A program made the translations under genes and the position numbers. The notes under the pieces are model-generated. The model ran no database searches and was not told where the DNA came from. It saw only the letters and a list, made by a program, of their open reading frames with translations. A stretch of 58,557 nt of DNA, counting the filler, from Sphacelaria rigidula (lineage: Eukaryota), in the NCBI GenBank assembly GCA_964200075.2. It is 10 parts of 10 records of this genome, joined end to end, with 100 filler letters (N's around TTAATTAATTAA, not from the genome) between each part and the next. Parts side by side here need not be neighbours in the genome. Positions count along the whole stretch, not along the records: positions 1 to 5,766 come from CAXNAA020024618.1; positions 5,867 to 11,632 come from CAXNAA020024619.1; positions 11,733 to 17,498 come from CAXNAA020024620.1; 7 more parts are not named here. One strand, 5' to 3'. Positions within the stretch are counted from its first letter, which is position 1. Each line of letters begins with the position of its first letter. Shown here in pieces: positions 1-12,049 of the stretch.

Positions 1-3000
1 TAGACGCCAGACACGTCATTCCTGACCAGCCTCATTGGTCGTTCTGGAGGCCCGGTCCCAAAAGGGTTAAAAGAAAGCTCGACCACAGAAAGACTTTTAA
101 TGACACTTCACACATTTGTGCAATTTTTCAGGGTCTTCCTATTGGAACTTGGCGTCGAGTTTACATATGAAAATGTTTAGCGTGATGACCATGGACCAGC
201 GTGTACCTCCTCCCTGAAAGCCCCCACCCGGGGGAGGTGTTGCTTGACGTGCTGGCCGTTTGCGGGTGGACTGCATTTTGCTTCTGAACGCATGGCAGGT
301 ATCGTCAAAATATGGTCACCGTTACTATGTACCCGTAGGATAGACAGGAGCACCACCTTCCGTTTGAGACAAGACAACGAGGGAAACCACCCCCATGAAC
401 GGCTACTTTCCTATCCCTGGTGAAATAATAGACCAAATGTCCACATGAGACATCAACACTGCATTGTAGATGTTTTCTATACAGTCGTACGTGTCATGCA
501 GTACTATTTCGACACCTGATCATGTCTTTGTGGAAGGAGGGAAACTAACCCAAAAGTGCTGGAACTTCACTTGGCGTTTGCCAAGCCTGAGTTGACCCAA
601 CTTTAGCAACAGTTATGTCTCCCGCCACTAATTCGATAGCAAAGATTCTGTGCACTTGTGAGGTGTTTGATGTGGCCGTGGCGCGCTTCCTCGCCGTGCA
701 CCGTCTCATAGCGGAGCAAGGCAATTGTCACGAGAGATCTTGAGGAGTTGAGCAGACGACGTACCCAAGTGAGGCGCTGCATCGTCGTGGCTGTCATTTT
801 TCATTCAGATTCCACCTGCTTGTGCACAGCTCTATATGAACCTCTTGTCTCAGAATCCCAGCTTTAAGCCCCAACTATAGAGCTTACGATATGAACCGTG
901 GAGCGTTTTGACTCGGCTGAATATTGGCCACAGTACTGTTCCGCAGACCGTTCCTCTCAGTACCTCGTACTGAACCGTGTTGGCTCCTATCAGGCTGGTT
1001 GACTACATGCCCGAGAATCTACGTACCAGATGTATGTCCAATACATTATCTGCGCAGATTCGATGTGCGGGTTTATTTTATTTTATAACGCGCCTTGAAA
1101 ACCCCGAGGTGGAAGTGGGAAATTTTCAATGCTCATTTTCCAATGAAAGAGGGGTTGATTGTCGCAAAGGGCATGTCGAATCCGGCGTCCTCACCTAATT
1201 TCCTGTCGGACGTTGTGTTGTGTCTCGATAAGCCAGCATCGAGCAGGCGAAACTTCGGCATGGAGTAGCAGGGGAGTGCCTCCTAGCCTTGCCATTCGCG
1301 GCAACGGTGTACGACGTTAAAGCTTGCTGCACTGGAGAGCATGTGTCTAAGCTATGCATATCAACTTGAGTCGTTTCATCAGATGTTGTGTGAGTAGAGG
1401 TATCGTCAAGTCTTTACCGAGTGTGTGAGCACAGTAAAGTGCGGCTGAGGCTACTTCGCCGCACATGGCTCTTGCTGGCCAATCCAAGCTCTCTGGGACT
1501 CGTGCTACACCGGTGCATATGTTTGCTTCATGCTGTGCTTGAGGCAAATATCATGTGATTTCCGTACATGTTGGAGTATAAAATCTGTTAACCAGCCTTT
1601 TTTTGGCTTAGGACCTTCACATGGGGACGAATTTGTAGGAAACGTTTGCGCGAAGTGGCAAAAGTTGAGGCCCCTTTAAACATCAGATGAAGAATTAAGC
1701 CATTTGGCATGTCCTGCTTTACTGTACTGCAGCACAAACACGCTCATGACCTCTCTCACGTGCTGTAGCTATAACTGTCCTGTGGTGTGTTAAGATCGTA
1801 CGAAGACGGTTTGGTCTCCGCTGGGATTGCCCGAGCTCCTGCGTTGTCGTTGTGTTCGTTTTTGTTTAAATTAGTGTCAGTCGGCAGGCAGTGCTGTTTG
1901 CACGTTAAACTTTCGTGGTGTACTGGCTGTTTCATCCTCCGTGACACAAGCGAGGTGCTGCCCGGACCCAGAATTTGCGAGAAGCCAAGCATGGCTGGGT
2001 GAGGACACACAACAAGCGCCGGTATACACCGCTCGGCCCGCTTGGTCAGACCTCGTGCTCGGCTGAAAGGAGCAACCCACAGCACAGGGCGGGTATTCCA
2101 CACCACCAGAATACTGATGGCACCCGGCAACGTGGCGGTCACCGCTGCGGCTCGAGGCCACAGAAAGACACAACCAACCACACGAAGATAGGGATATACC
2201 GATACACGAGCATCGCATTGACCCCCTGCGGCGGCAATGTACCACTCGCTGTCTGCTTGTGTGCTTGCTGCTTCGCTTCTCTACTGCTGCTCTGTCCGTC
2301 CCGGCGCGACTACTCTATACATTTATGTACTGTCTGTGGTACGTACACCGCAGATGTGACTAAAGTCTGCGAGCCGATCACCAGCATATTTTACTACGCA
2401 ATTCAGTGCCAAGGTCACATGTCATTGACGCTACATCCCCCCGATTCCTTACTGGAGGGCCTGTGAGTCGCTCAAGTTTCCATTTCACTACGAAGGTCAA
2501 TCCCCATGTATGGGCGTTGTGCCCCTTTCCTCATGTCGGAAAGTCAGTACAACACGTTACAGTCCGTGTTGAGCGCGGGCTGTGTACTTTGCCCAAAGTC
2601 AATGGCGCTTCGGCCTGCTGGTTTTTGCAAGGTTTTCGAACTCGTGCCACCTTGTTTCATATGCGGAATGTATGCATTTCCGTCCAAGCTTTTGCAATGG
2701 GTTGTCCATCGTCTGGACGTCGGGTACACATCTTTCTTGTTCCAGGAGCTCGAACAGCACCGGAGAAGATTTCTGTATTCGGTGTGACGACAGCAGTACC
2801 CAGAACGTAGCTGCATAGGCACACTTCGTACTGATTAAGAAGTCAACTCAAGTGGTATCTCCTGCCATTTGTTCCGGCACGTGGTCGAACTTGATCCAAG
2901 GTGGTCTGTCCACGAGGCGCATCCAATCCCGCCAGATCTTTTTTAGTAGAAAGCTGATAATCCTAGGGCTACATGCATTGCCTTCGCGAGGTAGGAAGCT

Positions 3001-5100
3001 GTGCAAAAGGAGAGCGGCAAGCGGGGTATTTGCCAGATTGAGAGTCTAGCGATTGACTGGGAGTTGGAACTGAGATAGCAGGAAATCCTGATTGACTCGT
3101 CGACTGTTGGTTCCCACGAAATACCTCGCCAAGCCAGAAGAGGAGCGGCTGGAATGAAAGCTCTTGACCGTGGGATGTGTTGGATGTTTGTATTGCGTTC
3201 ACCTCGTTAATCAGTAGCAATGTAGAACTGCAGAGTTCCAGAAATGGTCGGTTTGTGCCTAGAACAGTTTCACTGCCGAAAGGCTCCTGGAAGCCTTCAT
3301 TCTACCAGGTCCCCATATGCTTCCTGCTGTAGCCTGCTACGGAAGCCTCTGATATTCCTAAAAAGGGTATCAACGAACGCGGCATAGTTACAGGGGAGCA
3401 AACCCACACGAAAGTAAAAATTGGTCAGATCGACGCAAATCGAAAATCCCACTCTCAGTCAAATGGTAGACTTGATGTGGCGAGAAGGTAGTTGGCAATC
3501 TGTCGCAATGTGACGTAGGTGGTCCGCGGAGGGGGATGAGGAAAATCGAAGCAGCGACACACTTGGCCCTCCCTCGTCCCACACCACGTAGTTTCGCTAG
3601 AGGGCTTCGAGTATACTTTGCCCATCACACATGTCGTGTTTTTCAATAATTTTGACACTCCATCATATTCGCCACGTGCTACGATAGCTTGCTCTGAAGA
3701 AATGGGGGCCAAGTGTGTACAGTGGCGTACAGCCCGAAATCCCGCGATATCCGTTATTCTCACGGAACAAAGGAAAAAAAAATCGACAACCGGCGCGACA
3801 TCAGCAGACCTGATTCAAATGGGCAAATAGTAAGAGGGAATCGCCTCCGCCACTATGACTATTCCGTGAATGCCATACCACGCAGAGAGGAGAGTGGCGG
3901 ACGAAGTTTTCATGTACAGTTTGTCTCAAGGGTGGTGTCATTTACCGAATAGCAGTCCATATGCCATCGTTTTCCACCTCAGACTTTCGTCTGGTGGTGA
4001 GGTTTGTATGTTGTCGGGGAGCGACGCCTGAGGGATCAACTTGCCCCTCTCATACAGGCCATTTGCCAAATTCACAGCTGGTTACAAGAGAAAACTGTCG
4101 CGGAAAAATGACGATGCGGGATGGCTTGTCCCGTCTTATCGTTCCCCAGGGAGAGGACCTCCCATTGTGTCTCGTCCTGTGCCGACATACTCGCAGCTTG
4201 TTGTTCATGTCCCGTCCTTTTCCGAAGAAGAACCGCGTTCCCGCTTCATCCCGATCCTGCATGTTGTACTTCATGTGTTTTTTTTTTCATGTTGATCCTC
4301 CGTTCTCCTCACTGCCTCGCTGGATGTCATTGCTGGATCTCTCGGCTAGTGTTTCGGGTCCCGTTTCATTTTGTCACCTGTTATACCACTTACAATGGAA
4401 TCAGGTGTTCAGAGCGTCGGCGGCGTGTTACGCGTGAAGAGACGGACAGACGGGTTATGCCACCTCGGAATGACTCGCTTTACGATCTGAGGGCATATCA
4501 GCACTACTTAACGATTTTTCGTGAGTGTACTTTGACTCCGGTCAAAAGGGGGGTGGAAAAGTCAACTTTGGTACACACCGATCTATCGTGTAGATCTTGT
4601 ATGCGTTTTGTGACTCGGGAAGGTTTGCACAAGATGCAGCATTTTCATTTTTCTCGCCCACAGTCAAAGTGCACGCGCCGAGACTCGTCAGTGTGTTCTG
4701 GAATCCTGTCAGATGATGGCGCACATATCATTTCCAGATAGAATAAGCCATCCGATGTTCTCAGGCACAGAATGCTGGCGAAGGGTCAAAATAGGCGCTT
4801 TCGATCGGTTTGCACTGTTGGCCCCACAAGAAGTCGTCCTTTGATTTTTCTCTCCTCCTGTTTGCAGCTTGTGCTCCGTACTGCTCGGCTTTGCTCTTGC
4901 TTTGCTCCTCCGTGAGTCGAAGTTGTCTCTTTCCTCAACCCCTGTTCATTTATTCCTCTTTCCTGTTTCATCTTTTGTGTTCTGTCTTTCCCTGGTGGCA
5001 GCTGCGCCTATCGATATATTTTCATGTTCTCGTAGATATGTTTCGTATTGCTCTTTCCCGGTGATTACGTGGTTGATTACTGCTGTGGCGCTGCTTCGAG
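1..5100 (-). pseudogene. Degenerate coding relic of unknown family (probably TE- or virus-derived), part of it homologous to contig 2
   Basis: Minus-strand protein-like stretches broken by stops (e.g. ...KKIWRDWMRLVDRPPWIKFDHVPEQMAGDTT*VDFLISTKCAYAATFW... near 2700-3040); about 1640-1990 aligns with about 10755-11110. Boundaries approximate. Confidence 0.35.
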
Positions 5101-5766
5101 TTTTCCCGTCCGAGCTCATGTCTTCGTGGTGTGTTTCTTTCGGAGGGGAAACACTCCAGCCTGCAGGTCGCTATCGCAGTGAGATACTCCCCACCGGAGG
5201 GGAAATAATGCTTCTTCGCGTGGTTACCCCGGAACGTCACCTTTCGACTGCGGGTCTGAATGACCTGGCTAGTGCGATGGAGAGATGAAAATAATGGGCA
5301 CACCTTCACGTTTCGATCGGAAATCCCGTCAAGAAAACAGGGAAAAAGTCCAAATGTCGCGGGGAATTAAAGATCACTTCGAGTTTTTTTCGAACCTGTA
5401 CCTGACTTGATACAATGTACTGTTATGGGTGCGCCTGACCCCCCAAATTGAGCCCAAAAAGTGTCACCGACCAAAAGCATAAACAGACCGGAGATGACGT
5501 TTATCCTCTGAATATACACGCCGCAAAATCCCTCAAGGTACTTGTGATTTGAGTAGGGTTTCGATTCCACGCTTCATAAGTTTTCTTGTTCCGGAGAACG
5601 AACCACGGCGTGGCTCGGCTACTCACCGGCGTGTATTTGTCCTAGCTACAATTGTACCGGTTCGTTTTATCTAAGACGTTACGGTGATGGAGAAAATCGC
5701 AAGAAACCTATGTTTTTTTTTTTTCACATAATTCGTTATAAAACTCGCATCCTGATGAAATATTAA

Positions 5767-5866
5767 NNNNNNNNNNNNNNNNNNNNNNNNNNNNNNNNNN
5801 NNNNNNNNNNTTAATTAATTAANNNNNNNNNNNNNNNNNNNNNNNNNNNNNNNNNNNNNNNNNNNN
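5767..5866. other. Artificial contig spacer (44 N + TTAATTAATTAA + 44 N); identical spacers at 11633-11732, 17499-17598, 23365-23464, 29231-29330, 35097-35196, 40963-41062, 46828-46927, 52693-52792
   Basis: Nine identical 100-bp blocks whose core gives stops in all six frames; the segments between them are 5766 bp (x7) then 5765 bp (x3). Confidence 0.98.
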
Positions 5867-6087
5867 CCCCCCTATCGTGGGATGACTCAAATATTTACCC
5901 CTCTCTCCATCAGCGTCAGTTTCGTAAGTTCTAAGTTCCTCATCAGGAGCCCACGCGCTCAAACGTCTGAGGCCCGTCACGTACATAATCGCATACTCAA
6001 GCCCCCCAAGTCTTGGGATCCCAATGTTAGAAGCCCGAAAAGTATTTTGGAGGCTCTTTTTAAAAGTTAACATACATCCGGGTCCAG

Positions 6088-9059
6088 ATTTACACGTGTT
6101 TTATTATCACCTGGCGAGTACGTGGCGATCTAACTGTAGAATCCACATCCGGTCGCGCTGATTCCAACGGCGCATTGGTTGCGCAGAGGCCTGGACTTTA
6201 TACGGTTATCCAAGGGGGAGCAGCCTTCGTCCGGCAAGTATACTGTACACATGAAAACACCCCTACACCTCACGTGGATGAAGTGCTGGGGTATGGGTGG
6301 GAGGAGAGGATGTTTCCAACAGACGAAGAGGTGAGCGGTGCGCAGAAGAAGGAGGTCAGAAGGTTGCAGCAGAAGGTCGCGAAATACGTCGGAGACGAAC
6401 TCCTTGCACCGGGGAAGTCAGCTCGATTCAAGGGTGTGGCAATCTCGACTCTCGCTTACGCTTGCGCCCTGAAACCAGGCGCTCATATTGTCAAGGTACT
6501 GCTGAGACGCCTTCTGGACGAAGAAGAAGCGGCTCTGACGCCGCAGGCAAATGCAAGAGATGGCGGGAATCCAGAGGTGCGGCAATATGTCTGACAATAT
6601 GAGCGAAATAGTGCGGTTGATCTGGTGGTGAAATGTGTTGTTTTTCTATGCAGCCCAGGTTCTAGCGTTTCCATTTAGTCTTCATTCCTGGAGCCGATCG
6701 ACTTTTTATTCGCTGAGGCCGTAAGTGGGCAACTAGTGGTTATTTTCGGAGCGCCCTGAAATAAAGATTTCCCGCAGAATTGACGATCAATCAGTCGACC
6801 TGTAACCATGTCTAGCTTCTACAACGATGGTGGTTCTTGTGGTAGTCGGGCGTCACCGCACGTGCACCGTTTCCGGGTAACAAACAAATACTCCTTCCGT
6901 ATGCCCCATTTGACTGACCCGTTCTTTTGCGTAACTGTTTCTTTTTATCCAGGAGGGGCGCGACAGAGGCAAGGACAACAAGCAAAAGATCGACTTCAAG
7001 GGGAGAAGGACCGAATCTTGTCTAGCCCAGTTATTTGGGTTGTCGGCCAGAGCACAAAGAAGCAAGGAACTTGAAGACGGAATTCTTTCAGCCGGGGTTG
7101 TGAACAGCGTCAGAACATTTGCGATTATGCTCGCTCGAGAAGATATTATTGTGATTCTGGCCACTTCGATTGCCACTCGACAACACTGCACAACGTTTGA
7201 AGATGACGCCCCGTTACGAGAGGCGATGGAGGACATGCAGGGAATGAAAGGTGTACTCAGCGAGGTCCATGGCTTGGTAAGCGAGCAGCATGCCCATGAA
7301 TTCCTCCGAAATGGCAGGCAACTTTTGAAACGCCTGGAGGAGTACACTGCCACATCTTTCAGAGCCTTCACTGCACAACTGTGCAAGTCTGATAAGGCTC
7401 TCCTCACTACTATCAACAAGCAGGCTATGAAGGGAACGTTAGGATCGACGGAACGCGAGGGATTGAGGAAGACTAGGAATGGGAGCATCGACTTCCGACA
7501 GTCGAATAAGACTAAACTCGATCCCGGACATGGACTTTTACCGCACATAGCAACTACAGCTGTAGACGTTGCTTTCAACGCAAAGGCATGGTGCGAGTGG
7601 GAAATCCATGAAGATAACCCCCCGAGGGAAGATGATCCGACATCTGGAAAACGGGCCCGAACTCTCGCCACCGAATTTTCGGTGCTTGTCGTTGATCGAT
7701 TCATTGCAGAACTTAGTGCGGGTGATGGTGCTCATGCTCGCGCATCACTAGTCAACTTTGAAAGTCTCTTTGCTGCTGTGGACCCTACCGGCATCCTATT
7801 TGGGGTTCTCAAGAAAAACCCGGACGCTCTGTCGGTCGACGGACAGCCTTTCTTTGACGCCGCTCGGCAGGAAGTAGTGAAGCAAGCAGCGCGGATTGGA
7901 GTACCAGCAGTAGCTAAAGATCCTACCGTTGGAGGGGAGGATACAGGAACTACAGAAGAAATGCAGGATGACGGGCCTAAGGGTTCTCAGCAGTCAGGTA
8001 TGCGCACCATTATGTCGCTTTCAATGCCACGCTAGTATTATGCAGTAGTGTTTTGTATTTCGATTGCACAAACGTTTTTTAAGTGTCAAAAGGCTGCCGG
8101 ACATTTCGTGCGTTTTTTTTGCTGATGATCGTTAATTTCCCCTTCCTCTTCAGGCCGTTCTGAGAGGAAGGAAAATGTGTTGTTGACACGGACCCAACGA
8201 CCTGACGCGGTGAGTGTCGTGAACGACCCTTATAACGTGTCGCTAATACGGAGCCAACGAGCTAACGCGGCGACTATCGTGAGCGACCCTGTTCGAGCTC
8301 GGTTTCCCCTTGAAGTGTTGAGATCTCTTTGTCTTGTGGAGACCAATGGAAAGCGAGCTCGCGGCAAGTCGGTAACATTCACAATCTCAAATCTCGATTC
8401 CGACGGCGACGACGGAGGAAACTCCGACGACGATGACAAAGAGGAGCTTCCGATGAGCACTTCCTTGAACAGAAAAGCAACACGCAGCGATGAAGAGAGC
8501 GACACATGTACGGGCGGTGGTGTTGACGAATCGGCTCTTTCTGCAGAGCCTACAAATCACAGGTACATCAAAACGATAGTATTGATGTACATTAACCTTG
8601 CATCGGAAAGCTGGGTCTTCAGTTCATGTCCCGTCTAGGTTGAGGTTCTCTGCCTCGTAGTTCAAGTGAGGAGCCTCAAGTTATTATTCTATTTCTTGCA
8701 ACTCTACACGTACACATCAACTCGACGTGTTTCTAACTCTCTGTGGGGCGGTGACTTGTTGTACTCCCTACACAGTTTTGTGTTGGGTTCATCTTACCAA
8801 AAGGGGAGAAACTCATGTTTTTTTTTCTTCACTGTTCGCGTTATTGATTTATCTTTCATGCTTCTCCTTGGCGTGGTTTGAGCCTTAGCTTTGTAACACG
8901 CCACTAACTTACTTCATCGTGTACTACTTCTGTTGATTCAGGAACGGCGAGGCGAAAGGTCGGGCGAAACGTAAGCAGGGAACTGCTACAGGTTCTAGGG
9001 AAGATCCGTCTGATAATTCGAAGCGCCATGCTACAACGAACAACGCGGTTGGAAGGTGA
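6088..9059 (+). CDS. Hypothetical multi-exon protein, 5' end uncertain or truncated; exons about 6088/6140-6576, 6953-7997, 8154-8562, 8942-9059
   Basis: Donors GAG|gtgcgg (6576), G|gtatgc (7997), AG|gtacat (8562); acceptors tttatccag (6952), cctcttcag (8153), gattcag (8941). Phases 0/0, 1/1, 2/2 join the ORFs 6175, 7040 and 8177 without stops to TGA at 9057-9059. No recognisable domain. Confidence 0.7.
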
Positions 9060-10659
9060 ATACTGAATTCGTGTCATAATACTTACCGTTGCTACATTGC
9101 GCTCCTGGTGCTGTCAGGAACACCCGGATAGTGGTTTCGGCTCGAAACCAACTTCACTTTATGCACCCTTCATTCATTGAATAGCACGCACACCGCTTCG
9201 TAAAGGAATACGAGCTGGTTTACGCCTGTCACCCAAGAAACACTCATCGGCAAAACGTTTCCAAAGTTGCGTATTCGCCCATAGAACACTGTGCAAAATT
9301 TCAGGGGCTAACTCCTTGAAACGGCGTGAGGTTTTTCGCTTTTGTCCGATGAACCTTGGCGTACCGCGGTAAAACCGCAAACAACTTGATTTTTGTACCG
9401 AAACGGCGTTTTTGGGCCTACTTCGACATAAGCATGAAAATTCAAGAATCAGGTGATCGAGTTTTTCAACGAAATTTTGTGGGGCCCTTCATTGGGTTGT
9501 GCGGCGACAAACCGTGCGCGAAAAAAAATCGCAGTGCCGGTTCCCCGGGGTTCCAGAGTGGAGACTACTCCGAAAAACGACTAGGATCCCGTCGGACCCC
9601 CGAAAAACGGTGATAAAATCACTAAGTAAAAGAATCTCGTCCACGAACGTGCAAAGTTTCAGGATCTAACTCCTAATAATGGCGTGAAGGGGTGCGCGTT
9701 TGTGGAGGACGGGCTTGAAACGTGCAACTCCTAACTACTTAGTTTTAGTATGGGAACGTCTTTTTGGGTGAATTTCACGCCAAGGCAAGAAAAGCTGCAT
9801 GAGGTTTTCGATTATTTTCATCAAACTTTGTACACCTGTTTCTTGGACTATCCCGGGACGCATCGTTTTGTTATTTTCTTTTTGGGACATTCTGTATCGT
9901 TTTTCGGGGGTCTTCATACTGGGACCCCCGGAAGCCGGTAAAGAACGAAGAAAACATGACATATTGTCAAGAATACATTTATTTCATTTGGAGCATCAGT
10001 ACCTACGGAACTACAAAGTTTGAGAGCGACCTGAGCTTTTCTACAACAGATATAGGGGACATCGTCACGAGGCTCCCTGGGTCTTTCGTGCGTATAACTA
10101 GGGGATATTAGACGACGCCAACTCCCGACATCACCGAAACATCAAGGTTTTGGGTATAATTCGACCCCCGTAGTGATGGGTTTGAAATATGTCATTTTCG
10201 TTAGATTCCCGAGCCGATGACGGTTACAACGATCTGAAGCATGTGGAGTTTCGGTGAAAATGGGGCTTGGAAATCGTAATTTCGATCGTGGAACAATTTG
10301 ACGGGCGCTGATTGGTCGATATACCTTTTTGCCCTTAGCGCTTCTACTATGGCCTTACACACGAATCCGGCTGTGTCACGCTCTCCAGCTGCCCATGGCG
10401 GTCAGTATGATATCATGTATGCGACTATTGGGTAGGTATTGCGAAAGGCATTTGCTGATGACACATTTTGGGTGATCAGCGTAAACCTTCTTTAGCACCT
10501 GTCTCATGTGATGAAGTTCTGCCGCATCGTTATTTCTTGTGCATCGTCTTGGGTAGGGTCAGCCAGGCGGAGCAGCACTACGAAAGTGGAGAAGACTTTG
10601 AAGACACGCCCTGGACAAGACCTTGTTGTTGTTGTCGTTGTCGTCGTCTTTTTTGTTGC

Positions 10660-11632
10660 CATTTTTGAATGCTGTGCATAGAAGTGGGCTCATCTCCCAC
10701 AGGTAGGGGTAACTCAACGTGATTTCAAATATTTTCGCGCGAAGCACGATTATGGCCGAGCGTTCGAGCATCGCCACTGGGCAAAAATCGAAGACCCACC
10801 TGAAATCAGGGAATAACTATCGAATGGGACATGTCCTGTACCACTGTGCTGCAGCACAAACACACTCGTGCTCTGTCTTGTGTGTTGTATGTGATGCTGC
10901 GCTGTGGCGTCTCCAGGTCTTCGTGGAGACGGTTTGATCTCCGCTGGGAGTGCCTGAGTTGCTTTATACTGTAATTCCCTTCGTCTCTAAGAAAAATAAT
11001 GTCGGCACGCAGTGCTCTCTACACGCCGTTGAAACGTTCATGATGTGTTGGCTGTTTCGTCTCGAGTCAAAGGAATAAGGCGCTCCCCAAACCCATCATT
11101 TCTATGCTGTAGTTCTCTCTATGCTGTTGGGTATCTGAGCACTCTACGACGATCACGGTGCGATGTGCACTGGAGAATGCGTACTGCTGCATGTCGTGTT
11201 TTGGGCTGCACAGAATTGGGGAGGGATCAAGGTGCTGTTGGAACATAGAAAGGTTGAAACAATCGTCACATGACGGCTGTACAGCTGTCTGTTGAGTCTT
11301 CTCTGGTACTCCAATTATAGTCGGGTGCTGTGATCGGGGAAGACACGCCAGGCGGGTGCGTGCAGGTTGGGATAAACAAACTGAGCCAGCACGGAGCTGC
11401 TGTAGACTCATTCCGAGATAGCCCCCCCACAATGAGCGCACGTGAGACGGTGCGAGAAAACGGCTGCGATCCCACTATTGGGCTCGTTTGCAGCAATTTC
11501 GCTCACATGAGAGGCGTGGAGCAGTTCGAAATTAGCTATTAAGCCCAAATAAGTCGCATCGTGCAGCACGAAACCCGCTTTCACGGCGTTTATGATCATC
11601 GCCTCCGTGCACTTTTTTGGCCGGTTCGGGAG
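10660..11632 (-). pseudogene. Degenerate coding relic homologous to contig 1
   Basis: Shared motifs with contig 1: NDGFGERLIPLTRDETANT vs NSGSGQHLACVTEDETAST; SGTPSGDQTV vs SGNPSGDQTV; HECVCAAAQWYRTC vs HERVCAAVQ*SRTC. Confidence 0.45.
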
Positions 11633-12049
11633 NNNNNNNNNNNNNNNNNNNNNNNNNNNNNNNNNNNNNNNNNNNNTTAATTAATTAANNNNNNNNNNNN
11701 NNNNNNNNNNNNNNNNNNNNNNNNNNNNNNNNCCCGCCACCCTGTCGGGCATGATCAAGGGTTTGTTCCTCGTGCTGGCGAAGCCCGAGTGTGGGAGGGG
11801 GGGTTATCGCAGGACATGGGATCCGTGCGCTCCCACTTTTCCCCCTGTGGCGTAGAGTAACAAGAGTGCTCACCCGACTTACTTCTCTCCATTCTTCGAC
11901 GTACTGAAAATGACGCGTCACGGGTTCACCTCCACAGGTTACTTCTTCCAAATAAGAGCTTGTCCTTGGTACTTCTACTACAAAAAGGTCACAAGTCGGG
12001 TTGCCCACTTGAACCTCATCTCGAAGTTAAACCTCAATTCGCACAATTT

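Noticed and set aside
5811..5822. TTAATTAATTAA palindrome recurring every ~5866 bp as a biological periodic site
   Set aside because: Always centred in 44+44 Ns; a synthetic six-frame-stop linker.
6853..7704. 283-aa minus-strand ORF (also 13592-14079, 32563-33150, 33809-34366, 55603-56235)
   Set aside because: Antisense shadows of real coding or TE frames on the opposite strand.
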